A stretch of DNA of 64,000 bases from assembly GCA_902778895.1 (NCBI GenBank), contig CACYZF010000004.1, forward strand, positions 69,821-133,820, read 5' to 3'. The notes beneath the pieces were generated by a model. It was not told the origin of the DNA. It saw only the letters and a list, made by a program, of their open reading frames with translations, and ran no database searches. A program made the position numbers and the translations under genes. Positions 48,132 to 56,484 of this stretch are shown one piece after another (the stretch's first letter is position 1; each line of letters starts with the position of its first letter). The stretch is from an uncultured bacterium (GTDB lineage Bacteria > Verrucomicrobiota > Lentisphaeria > Victivallales > UBA1829).

Positions 48132-49802
48132 TTACCACGTGAACATTCTTTCAAACCACGTTTTCTGTTCGTTTTCCTGGACTTTGAGATTTTCCGCATT
48201 GACCCGTTCGGAAACCTCCTGCTCCAGCGTGGCGTTTTCTTCGGACGGACGCGTCTCCATCTTAAAGTTCTGATCCATCAGTTCCGGCGACACCAGGATC
48301 AGCATCTGGAGTTCTTCGCCCTTGTCTTCTTCGGACGACGCGAACCAGTTGATAACCGGAATATGCCGGAGGAACGCATAACCGGACGGTCCTTCATGAG
48401 AAAAAGTCAGCTCCTTCTGTCCCGCGATGACGGCTGTTTTTCCGAGCGGACAGATCAGCGTCGTCTTGGTTTTGCTCTTGCTCTGGACATAGTCGTCGCC
48501 GTCCCGGACCGGAGGCAGACTCCGTTCCAGATCCAGATTCAGCTTGACCGTATTGTCTTCCTGAAGGAATGCCTGGGCCTTGTATTTCAGTCCGTACTCG
48601 ATCTCCTTCATGTCGGCGGTATCCCGTCCGTACACCTTGACCTGGCGCGTGCCGCCGTTTTCATACGTGGATTCGTCGCCGTTGTTCGTGAGCGTGATGT
48701 GTCCCGCGTCGCGGAAATCGGCGATCCCGTTCTGTCCGAAGAACACCAGAGCCCCCTTCAGATTCGTTTCGAGCGTAATCGAGCCGCCTGCATGCTGGCT
48801 GCCATGGCTGTCGATCGCGTCCTTTGCGCCGCCGTACAGCGCCTTGAACCAGCCAACGACGTCCCACGTCAGGACCGTGCCGTCCGCATTGGCGTTTCCA
48901 AGACGTTCCAGCTGTTTTCTAGTCACGCCGACGAAGACGACTCCGAGGTCGACCTGGGATGGCACGATTCTCAAGTCGGTTTTGAGGCTGGCATTGTTGC
49001 CGTTCCACTCCGGATCCAGCCAGCGTTGCGCCGAGAGGATGGATTCGACCGTTTTAATGCCGTCTTCGGAGTACAGATATCCACGCACGGTCAGGACGGT
49101 CCCGGTAAGGTTCATGGACAGCTTGCCGGGTGCTTCCGGACCGGATTGTTCCTCCACGGGGAATCCGGCGTCCGTCAGCTGTTTTTTCAAATCGGCGATC
49201 AGTTTCGTATCCGGGACAAAAGCAACGTAGCTGTTGCATCTGCTTTCATAGGACTGCAGGATGCGGCGGAAATAATCCCAGTGGACGGGCTGCGTAATGA
49301 TGCCGCGGAGAACAAGCCCCCCGTCGTACATCTGCAGGGTGACTTCCGGAAGCTCCTCCAGAAGACGACTCATTTCCTGATACGTCTGAAGCGTCGAGTT
49401 ATATACCGTGATATGAAAACTCTTCTCGATGCCTCCGGCATGGACCGTGATGACGGCACGGCCGGGCGAAACCCCGGACACCTCGAACGTGTTGGCGTTG
49501 ACATGCTCGATCTTGACGTTGGACGAATCCGATTTGCAGGATTCGATGGTGAACGGCATGCTCAGTACGCGTTTTTCCCCGACGGTGATGGAGATCTGTT
49601 CCTGCATCGGATCGTTCCCGTTTTCGTTCTGCGAACCGAGCGCCTGAGTGATCGCCTTCACGATATCTTCCTGAGATACCTGAACTTCGTTTGCCTGGGA
49701 CTGACCCGGGGCGCCGGACGGCTGCTGAGCCGTCTGGCCCATGCCGGGAAGTGTCAGAAGAATGCCTGCCAGCAGAAGGAATGCTGTCGTAATTCTTTTC
49801 AT
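48132..49802 (-). CDS. cpaC: secretin (CpaC/RcpA type)
   Basis: Signal peptide. C-terminal secretin block GKTAVIAGQKELTFSHEGPSGYAFLRHIPVINWFASS...LILVSPELM. Confidence 0.85.
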   Translation of the reverse strand: MKRITTAFLLLAGILLTLPGMGQTAQQPSGAPGQSQANEVQVSQEDIVKAITQALGSQNENGNDPMQEQISITVGEKRVLSMPFTIESCKSDSSNVKIEHVNANTFEVSGVSPGRAVITVHAGGIEKSFHITVYNSTLQTYQEMSRLLEELPEVTLQMYDGGLVLRGIITQPVHWDYFRRILQSYESRCNSYVAFVPDTKLIADLKKQLTDAGFPVEEQSGPEAPGKLSMNLTGTVLTVRGYLYSEDGIKTVESILSAQRWLDPEWNGNNASLKTDLRIVPSQVDLGVVFVGVTRKQLERLGNANADGTVLTWDVVGWFKALYGGAKDAIDSHGSQHAGGSITLETNLKGALVFFGQNGIADFRDAGHITLTNNGDESTYENGGTRQVKVYGRDTADMKEIEYGLKYKAQAFLQEDNTVKLNLDLERSLPPVRDGDDYVQSKSKTKTTLICPLGKTAVIAGQKELTFSHEGPSGYAFLRHIPVINWFASSEEDKGEELQMLILVSPELMDQNFKMETRPSEENATLEQEVSERVNAENLKVQENEQKTWFERMFTW

Positions 49803-49815
49803 GGTTTACCGCCGT

Positions 49816-50634
49816 TTATTTCGTGGAGTTTGCAGTTTCGTTCGAGAGCAGCGCCGTATCCAGGTCGGAACGCACGGCTTCGAACGTTTTCGAGTTCACG
49901 GCCCCGATTTCCGAACGATTCCGTGCGGACGGATCGTTTCTTCTGCGGAGAATCGGGAAAAGTTCCGCTTCATGCTGTGCCGCCAGCAGGATTGTCGCCT
50001 GCCGGGGAGGAAGGGATACGTAGATCGTGGCGGTCGCACTGCCCGGCTCGCGGAAAAGGCCGTTGCTGTTATCGAGCCCGATCACCTCAATGCAGGGGAA
50101 CAGGATAACGGTTTCGCGTTCCTCCTTCACGTCCGCCTTCATAGCCGCTTCCGGATCCTTGAGCAGCTCTTCCGAGGTCGCTTTCGGGTGTTCGACGTTG
50201 GTGTGTGCATAAAGTGCCGCGATCGCTATTTCGTCCTGCGGACGCAGCATTTTTACAAGGGTCGGATCGGAAAACGTCACCGGGACCAGCCATTGGCCGG
50301 TGGTGACGCAGTCCGCCAGGGAGATGTTCAGCTGAATGTCATCGAACATGACGTAGCTGCCGCGTTTGATCGCACGCGGGATCTTCTGGCCGTAGGTCAG
50401 GCTGACGCTGTCCCAGAGAATCGCGGATTGCGGGACCGCCGATTCCGGCAGGTTTTTGAACGAGCACGCGCCCGGCATGAGCTCTTCTCCCGCTTCAAGA
50501 TCGCGGGCTGCGACCACAACGGATATCTGTGGCTCCTGTTCGGTGTCCTGGTTTTTGACAAGGACGTTGCTCACCATGTAAACGGCTGCAAGTCCCAGGA
50601 GGACGGCTACGATCAGCGGAATGACATTCTTCAT
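49816..50634 (-). CDS. cpaB: CpaB/RcpC-like pilus assembly protein (SAF domain)
   Basis: N-terminal anchor IPLIVAVLLGLAAVYMV. VVVAARDLEAGEEL SAF-type motif. GAGG RBS. Confidence 0.8.
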   Translation of the reverse strand: MKNVIPLIVAVLLGLAAVYMVSNVLVKNQDTEQEPQISVVVAARDLEAGEELMPGACSFKNLPESAVPQSAILWDSVSLTYGQKIPRAIKRGSYVMFDDIQLNISLADCVTTGQWLVPVTFSDPTLVKMLRPQDEIAIAALYAHTNVEHPKATSEELLKDPEAAMKADVKEERETVILFPCIEVIGLDNSNGLFREPGSATATIYVSLPPRQATILLAAQHEAELFPILRRRNDPSARNRSEIGAVNSKTFEAVRSDLDTALLSNETANSTK

Positions 50635-50798
50635 TGAGATTACCTCATTTCACCTTATATTGAAGTGTTTTGTCTGAATCCGGTCCGGAATGTCCCCGGA
50701 ACAGGCCGGGAGCATGTCTTTGTTTCGGCTATCCTGCGCAGATTCCAGCTCTTTTCCTGATATCAAATATGCGCAAAAAGTCTACTTGACTAATATCT

Positions 50799-50827
50799 AA
50801 TATACATCTTTTTTATCTTTTTTTCAA
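50799..50827 (-). promoter_or_regulatory. candidate promoter of the cpaB-to-HExxH operon
   Basis: Minus strand TTGAAA-N17-TATATT, about 165 nt upstream of the cpaB ATG. Confidence 0.35.
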
Positions 50828-50969
50828 CCCCGGACGTGTTTTTTTAAATAAATAGTTACTTGCATCTCTAGAAAGCAAAAATACTCGGCTCGTGTAAACG
50901 TCTGGCTGATGTCACGAGAAGCAGGCGCTCCACTGTCCGGAATACAATAGTGAATTCACTACTGTCCGG

Positions 50970-51251
50970 TTAAAATATAGGAGCATAATTTGCAAATAGA
51001 TCGAGTTGTTCAGGAGCATTCCAGTCGGGAGGTTTCTTCAGGGTATCTCTGTTCAGATTGAGGACTTCGACCAGAGCGAAGTCTGGCATGAGCGTATCGC
51101 GGAGGCGGTTTGCCAGTTCCGTGATGCCGTATTTGCATTTGCCAGTGAACTTGATGTAGGAGAGCAACAGGTAGAGGATGAGCGCTACCCAGATTTGTGT
51201 CATGACGGCGTTCTTTGAGGTGCCGAGGAAGCTTTTGATTTTGAGGTTCTG
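50970..51251 (-). pseudogene. 3'-terminal fragment of an IS4-family DDE transposase gene
   Basis: The frame opens right after a stop at 51252-51254. It reads QNLKIKSFLGTSKNAVMTQIWVALILYLLLSYI..., which resembles the conserved C terminus of IS4-family transposases. No upstream catalytic region is present. Confidence 0.65.
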
Positions 51252-51355
51252 CTAATCCGTGATGATACTATATCATGATTTCTGACGATTGCAAGGCAAA
51301 AAGTCCCTAAAATGTCCCTAAAAACCACGTTCTTTCTCTATTTTGTACACAATAA

Positions 51356-51412
51356 CGTCTGACTACGGATCAGAAGGTTTTTGGTTCAAATCCCTCCTGG
51401 TGCACCATTTTG
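51356..51412 (+). repeat. attR-side direct repeat (displaced, degenerate 3' half of tRNA-Arg)
   Basis: 52/57 identical to 29824-29880. There is no 5' half, and the T stem is disrupted (GGG to TTT). Confidence 0.8.
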
Positions 51413-51421
51413 AATTGTTTG

Positions 51422-51461
51422 GACCGCAAGAGTTTATGAAACTCCTGCGGTTCTTTTTTTT
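51422..51461 (+). terminator. intrinsic terminator following the displaced tRNA 3' end
   Basis: ACCGCAAGAGT pairs with ACTCCTGCGGT, followed by TCTTTTTTTT. Confidence 0.55.
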
Positions 51462-51556
51462 GTCTCGAAACATCCCTTCCGTCTCCCCCATTATCAGGAT
51501 TTGTGACGGAACCGTCTTATCGGATTTCGGGGGATTTGACGTTCCGCCCGGCCAGC

Positions 51557-52855
51557 TCAGTTGGAGGGGTTGATCGAGCTCGGAAGGCGTTCCGTGCGGA
51601 TCGGGAGCAGATACAGCGCGGTCAGGAAATTGACCGCGGCGACGAGCGCGAGCACGCCGACCGTGGAGAGCAGCCCGTATGCCATGAGCTGTGCCGTAAC
51701 GACCGTGCCGAGCGCGATCGCAAACGAGTTCACGATGTTGTTCGCGGCGACGGCGCGCGCGACCTGCTGCGGATCGGCTTTGTGCTGGAGCAGGGCGTTC
51801 AGCGGGACGGAGTAGAATCCGCCGCATGCCGCGAGGAGCACCAGGTCGGCGGCGATCCGCCAGGACGCGGGGAACCGGAAGAACTCGAACACGGAGAAAA
51901 GCGTTTCGGGGTCGGCCGGCGCGTGCGTCCACGACCGCGCCGCAAAGAACAGGTCGAACGTGAAGAACGCCATGAGGACAAGCGCGGGCGAAACGAGCGG
52001 CATCACGGGGCGGCGGCGTCCCGCGGTCTGGCACAGCACGGACCCGATCGCCACGCCCGCCGAGAAGAGCAGATAGAGGACCGGAACGAGGTGCGATGTG
52101 GCGTTCAGCACGTCCTTGCAGAACCCGGCCAGCAGTGACACGTACAGCGCCGCCGTCATCCAGAACGTCGAGAGCCCGAGCACGCAGTGCGTCAGGACGC
52201 TGTCCCTGAACACGGCCCGCAGGACATCCCACGAGGCGCGGATCAGGTTCGGGTCGATACGCAGCGAGGGGGATTCCGGTTTCATCTCCGGGATGAGGAA
52301 CGCGCCGCAGAGTCCGAGGACCGCCATGAGCAGGATCACCGCGCCGGTCACGAGTCCGCCGTGCGGGACCGTGATGAGGTAGTTTCCGAGCACCGCGCCG
52401 AAGATGACCGCCACATAAGTTCCGGCGTTCACGTAGGCGTTGCCGCGCAGCAGTTCGTGTTGCTCCAGCATCTGCGGGATATAGGCGTATTTGAGCGGGC
52501 TGAACAGCGCGGACTGCGTGCCCATGAAGAACAGTAGCGCGAGGAGCGGCCAGATGCTCCCGCGGATGAACGCGAAGAAGACCGGGACCATGAGCACGAA
52601 CTCCATGATCTTGCAGGCGCGGAAGAGCTTGTGGCGCGGGAACTTGTCGGCGAGCTGGCCCGCGGTGGCGGAGAACGGGAAATACGGGAGCATGAGAAGT
52701 GCCATGGCCGCAAAGGTAAGGGCGTTCGCCTTGCCGGACGAGTAGCCGGACTGGTAGGAGATCATGATGATCAGCGCGCTGCGGAACAAATTGTCGTTGA
52801 ACGCGCCGAAGAAGAACGTCAGAAAGAACGGGAAGAATCTGCGTGAGAAAAACAT
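51557..52855 (-). CDS. MFS transporter, LplT-like (lysophospholipid transporter family)
   Basis: FLTFFFGAFNDNLFRSALIIM N-terminal signature. About 12 hydrophobic segments. Confidence 0.75.
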   Translation of the reverse strand: MFFSRRFFPFFLTFFFGAFNDNLFRSALIIMISYQSGYSSGKANALTFAAMALLMLPYFPFSATAGQLADKFPRHKLFRACKIMEFVLMVPVFFAFIRGSIWPLLALLFFMGTQSALFSPLKYAYIPQMLEQHELLRGNAYVNAGTYVAVIFGAVLGNYLITVPHGGLVTGAVILLMAVLGLCGAFLIPEMKPESPSLRIDPNLIRASWDVLRAVFRDSVLTHCVLGLSTFWMTAALYVSLLAGFCKDVLNATSHLVPVLYLLFSAGVAIGSVLCQTAGRRRPVMPLVSPALVLMAFFTFDLFFAARSWTHAPADPETLFSVFEFFRFPASWRIAADLVLLAACGGFYSVPLNALLQHKADPQQVARAVAANNIVNSFAIALGTVVTAQLMAYGLLSTVGVLALVAAVNFLTALYLLPIRTERLPSSINPSN

Positions 52856-52894
52856 GTCGGTTCGGGTCGGGGTGAAAGGTTTTATGCCGGATAT

Positions 52895-52922
52895 AATATA
52901 AAACCTGACGGCCGAATGTCAA
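52895..52922 (-). promoter_or_regulatory. sigma70-like promoter of the MFS gene
   Basis: Minus strand TTGACA-N16-TATATT(ATA), 40 nt upstream of the ATG. Confidence 0.5.
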
Positions 52923-53101
52923 GCGGCGGGACGATTTCCTGTGGATCTCTTCACGGTGCGGCTTGGGCAACGATTCGCGGCGCGCGTCTTTTTGTCTTTT
53001 TTTACGCAATCAAACTTGAAAAATCGTCCGGGTACGGCTATCTTATTATTTTCAAAACGGTTTTTACTTTTTTATTAACGATAACGAAACAGGTTTTGAT
53101 T

Positions 53102-54022
53102 ATGGCGAATTATGATGTCAAGGACGTGAACGGCGTTGAACACCTTAGACTTGAGGAATCCGACGTCGCCGCTCTCGTCGAGTCCGATCAGGTTACGGGC
53201 ACCTGCCCCATGAAGAAATCCCCTATGCCGTCCTGGTCCACCGCCGCGAAATTCGATTTCCTCACCAACCTCCTCGACGAACAGCGCAAGCGTCTCGCGA
53301 TGAACGCCGCGCAGGCCCGCGACGTCAGCTTTTTCTCCCAGCAGGAACTCACGGACCAGCAGAAGATCGCGCTTGCCGAAGAGGAAAAGTTCGTGGCGAA
53401 ACCGGCCGCTCCGGTTGCCCGCCTCAAAGCGTTCTTCATCGATTTCGTCTTTGCTCTGTTCAAAGCCGTCCCCGTCGAACTCGCCGCCATCGCCGCGGTC
53501 TATCTGCTCGCCGTGGCAGGCGCATCTTCCCTGCCGTCGCCGACGCAGGCGCTGGTAGCAGCGGCGGCAGCACACGGCGAACATCTTCGTGTCTCAAAAA
53601 ATGTGCCGGCCACGTTCGCCCAGCTCGACAAGGAAGCCGGATACCATGCCGGTTCATTCTACCTTTCTGAAGAAGCCGCGAAGGATAATTACATCTGCCT
53701 CTCCGCCAAAAAAGGCAAGGCCGTCTGGATCAAGGCTGCCACCGCCGGACGCATCGCAGTCGGCGCCGCGCTCCTTTTCTTCGCGTGGGAATTCGTCATG
53801 CTCGGCTGGGGACTCTGCGCCCACGGCGCGACGCGCGGCATGAGGAAGAACGGCCTGATTCTCAACAACGCCAGGGACGTCCGCGTCGAACTGAACGGCT
53901 TCCAGGTGTTCATGTCTGTCCTGCTGACGCTTACGACCTATGCTTTCGCCTGGATCTTCGTGCTGGCGATCAAGCGTTCCCCCGCCGAACTCGTCTCGTT
54001 CACGCGCTGCACCGCGGAATGA
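53102..54022 (+). CDS. membrane protein, function unknown (possibly RDD-like)
   Basis: Start trimmed to MANYD. Soluble N-terminal region, then RLKAFFIDFVFALF and several TM helices. Confidence 0.5.
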   Translation: MANYDVKDVNGVEHLRLEESDVAALVESDQVTGTCPMKKSPMPSWSTAAKFDFLTNLLDEQRKRLAMNAAQARDVSFFSQQELTDQQKIALAEEEKFVAKPAAPVARLKAFFIDFVFALFKAVPVELAAIAAVYLLAVAGASSLPSPTQALVAAAAAHGEHLRVSKNVPATFAQLDKEAGYHAGSFYLSEEAAKDNYICLSAKKGKAVWIKAATAGRIAVGAALLFFAWEFVMLGWGLCAHGATRGMRKNGLILNNARDVRVELNGFQVFMSVLLTLTTYAFAWIFVLAIKRSPAELVSFTRCTAE

Positions 54023-54080
54023 CAGTCGGATTCACCAGAAATCAATCCGAACTTATTCCAGCAGGAATCTCCTCAGCAAC

Positions 54081-55175
54081 ATGAGCCGCCCCCGCATCAT
54101 CGCGTTTTACCTGCCGCAGTTCTACCCGACGCCCATCAACGACAAATGGTATGGCGAAGGGTTTACGGAGTGGACCAGCGTCCGTAATGCGAAACCGCTC
54201 TTCCGCGGACACGACCAGCCGCGCGTGCCGGCCGATCTGGGCTATTACGACCTGCGCGACGCATCCGTGCGCGAGGCACAGGCCGAACTTGCGCGCGAGG
54301 CCGGGGTCGAAGGCTTCTGCTACTATCACTACTGGTTCTCGAAGGACCACCAGGAGCTCACGATCCCGTTCGACGAGGTCATCCGCCTGAAAAAACCCGA
54401 TTTCCCGTTCTGCCTCTGCTGGGCCAACCAGTCCTGGTATTCCAAATTCTGGAACAAGACCGAGGAATGCGAACCGAAGCTGGTTGCCGAACAGATTTAC
54501 GACGATCCGGCGGGAAACGAGAAGCATTTCTACTCCCTGCTTGAGGCGTTCCGCGACCCGCGCTACATCCGCGTCGAGGGCCGCACGCTCTTCATGATCT
54601 ACCGTCCGACGGAGTTCCCCGGCGTGCGCGATTTCATGGCGCAGTGGCAGGCGCTCGCGGAGAAAAACGGTCTGCCGCCGTTCTATTTCATCGGGCAGGG
54701 CGGCAGAAGGACCGCCGCGGAGGAAGTCCTGGAGCTCGGCCTCGACGGCGCGAACATCGTGCATAAGTTCGACGTCAAAAAGCACCCCGTGCTGCGCCAG
54801 GTCAAGCATTATTGCAAGTTCCGCCACATCCCGTTCCATGTCGATTACGAGCAGGTCATGCACGATTTCTTCGACCCGGAGGCGCCGGAGGCGCTTTCCC
54901 CGAAATACTATCCGGCGCTGATCCCGAACTGGGACCATTCGCCCCGCAGCGGCTGGAGAGGCACCGTCTACACCGGCTCCACCCCGGAGACGTTCCGGAA
55001 GCACGCGGAGAAGGTCATCTACAGCTGTCGCGGCAAGGACCACGAGCACAATCTGATCTTTCTGAAGTCCTGGAACGAATGGGGCGAAGGGAATTACATG
55101 GAGCCGGACACCCGCTACGGCAAGGGCTTCATCCGTGCGCTCCGCAGCATCCTGGACGGAATGGAAGAGGACTGA
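54081..55175 (+). CDS. WbsX-family (GH99-like domain) glycan biosynthesis protein
   Basis: Start trimmed to MSRPR. IIAFYLPQFYPTPINDKWYGEGFTEWT and FLKSWNEWGEGNYMEP are hallmarks of the family. Confidence 0.75.
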   Translation: MSRPRIIAFYLPQFYPTPINDKWYGEGFTEWTSVRNAKPLFRGHDQPRVPADLGYYDLRDASVREAQAELAREAGVEGFCYYHYWFSKDHQELTIPFDEVIRLKKPDFPFCLCWANQSWYSKFWNKTEECEPKLVAEQIYDDPAGNEKHFYSLLEAFRDPRYIRVEGRTLFMIYRPTEFPGVRDFMAQWQALAEKNGLPPFYFIGQGGRRTAAEEVLELGLDGANIVHKFDVKKHPVLRQVKHYCKFRHIPFHVDYEQVMHDFFDPEAPEALSPKYYPALIPNWDHSPRSGWRGTVYTGSTPETFRKHAEKVIYSCRGKDHEHNLIFLKSWNEWGEGNYMEPDTRYGKGFIRALRSILDGMEED

Positions 55176-55349
55176 GTTCCAGCCCTTCCCTGTTTGTAAC
55201 CCCCTATTTTTCAATGCCTGCGGCCGTCGCCGTCATCTTTCCCCGTACCCGGGAGATATGCGAATACCCTGCCCGATTAATGGGGGCATGGGGGGAATCA
55301 ATGCATTCGGCAAAAACGGAGAAAATACCCGAAACGCGGGCATAAAAAA

Positions 55350-55439
55350 TGGCGGAGAGAGTGGGATTTGAACCCACGATAGAGTTGCCCCTATACAGCA
55401 TTTCCAATGCTGCGCCTTCGACCACTCGGCCATCTCTCC
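55350..55439 (-). tRNA. tRNA-Ser (anticodon GGA)
   Basis: Reverse complement is GGAGAGATGGCCGAGTGGTCGAAGGCGCAGCATTGGAAATGCTG, then a long variable arm, then GGGTTCAAATCCCACTCTCTCCGCCA. Anticodon loop is TTGGAAA. Confidence 0.9.
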
Positions 55440-55457
55440 GCAGATAAGATAAGATAT

Positions 55458-55486
55458 AATATAGCATGCGCCCGCGGCGAATGCAA
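55458..55486 (-). promoter_or_regulatory. sigma70-like promoter of tRNA-Ser
   Basis: Minus strand TTGCAT-N17-TATATT(ATA), ending about 18 nt before the tRNA 5' end. Confidence 0.5.
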
Positions 55487-55613
55487 ACAGAAAACCCGTT
55501 TTTTTGAGAAAAAACAAAGAATCCGCCGGGAGGTTCCGGGCGGATTCGGGAATGCGTTCAACGTCTGGATCCCGTGCGTTTGCGGCAGGCGGAATCCTTT
55601 CAGTAGTGGAAAC

Positions 55614-56057
55614 TTAGAGCTTGCTCGTGATCTTGGTCAGAGCATCGAGCATGGCGGTGCGTTCGGCCGGAGTCAGCCCGTTCAGGAGCTTTTCGCAGAG
55701 GCCCTCGACGCGCTTGATGCTTTCGTCGAGCAGGGTCTGTCCGTGCGGCGTGAGCGTGATTTGGACCGCGCGGCGGTCTTCGGGATTCTGCACTCGCTGG
55801 AGGAAATCCTTTTTCACGAGGGATTCGACGAGCTCGGACACGGTCGCCGGCGCAAGTTTCATGGATTCCGCAAGTTCTTTCAGCGTAATGCCATTCGGTT
55901 TTTCTTCGGTCAGGCGGCATACCAGCGCCATGGTCTGGTGCTGGCGGATGCTGACGTCGATAGAGGCCAGATTTCCGATGGTGTCGACCGATTCACGGAA
56001 CGCGTTATAAAGACTCGAAACAGCTTTTCTGAGGATTGCGGGATCGGAATTTGCCAT
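55614..56057 (-). CDS. MarR-family transcriptional regulator
   Basis: wHTH region LKELAESMKLAPATVSELVESLVKKDFLQRVQNPEDRRAVQITLTPHG. Confidence 0.85.
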   Translation of the reverse strand: MANSDPAILRKAVSSLYNAFRESVDTIGNLASIDVSIRQHQTMALVCRLTEEKPNGITLKELAESMKLAPATVSELVESLVKKDFLQRVQNPEDRRAVQITLTPHGQTLLDESIKRVEGLCEKLLNGLTPAERTAMLDALTKITSKL

Positions 56058-56096
56058 GTTTTTGAACTCCGTTTTGCGGGTTGACGGATGTAGTTA

Positions 56097-56131
56097 TGCA
56101 ATAATATACATCCAGTCAAATATTATTGCAA
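56097..56131 (-). promoter_or_regulatory. marR promoter with an overlapping inverted-repeat operator
   Basis: Minus strand TTGCAA-N17-TATATT. Inverted repeat TGCAATAATAT (56097-56107) / ATATTATTGCA (56120-56130) spans the -10 and -35 elements. Confidence 0.5.
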
Positions 56132-56484
56132 ATCGAAACAATCATTTTTTCTGAAAAATAAGATAAAGTTGAGCATTTCGGAAGACAAATACAGACAATC
56201 CGGCATCGAAAAATGTGTCTTGCTGACACTCTGTCATGAAAAATCAGGAAAGCTTTGCGGTAAAGAACCCTTTCCTTCTGGAAGGTTTAGGCTGGTATCT
56301 GACACCGGAATCGGGACAACTATAAAAACGCGCTGTCATGATAAAATCAGAAAGAAGTTCCCGCCAGGTCTATCTTATTGCGGACGGGAATCCTCCGAAA
56401 AAAACAATGGGGAACCATTTGACTTTCCGCGTCAGCGATGCTATATTCCTGAAAGAGCAATCTTATTCCTTTCAAAGGTCTTTT

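Noticed and set aside
47727-50108. 793-aa + strand ORF
   Set aside because: It runs antisense to the FHA-CpaF, secretin and CpaB genes, which carry Walker, secretin and SAF motifs.
51356-51412. A second tRNA-Arg gene
   Set aside because: Only the anticodon-to-3' part is present. The upstream sequence cannot form an acceptor stem or D arm, and the T stem is broken (TTTGG versus CCCTC). I interpret it as an att remnant.
51363-53009. 548-aa - strand ORF in another frame over the MFS gene, and similar long shadows at 57312-59006, 62230-63627, 28024-29586, 26291-27787, 54042-55214 and 60179-61147
   Set aside because: All are Arg/Pro/Gly/His-rich alternative-frame or antisense ORFs that overlap genes with clear family signatures.
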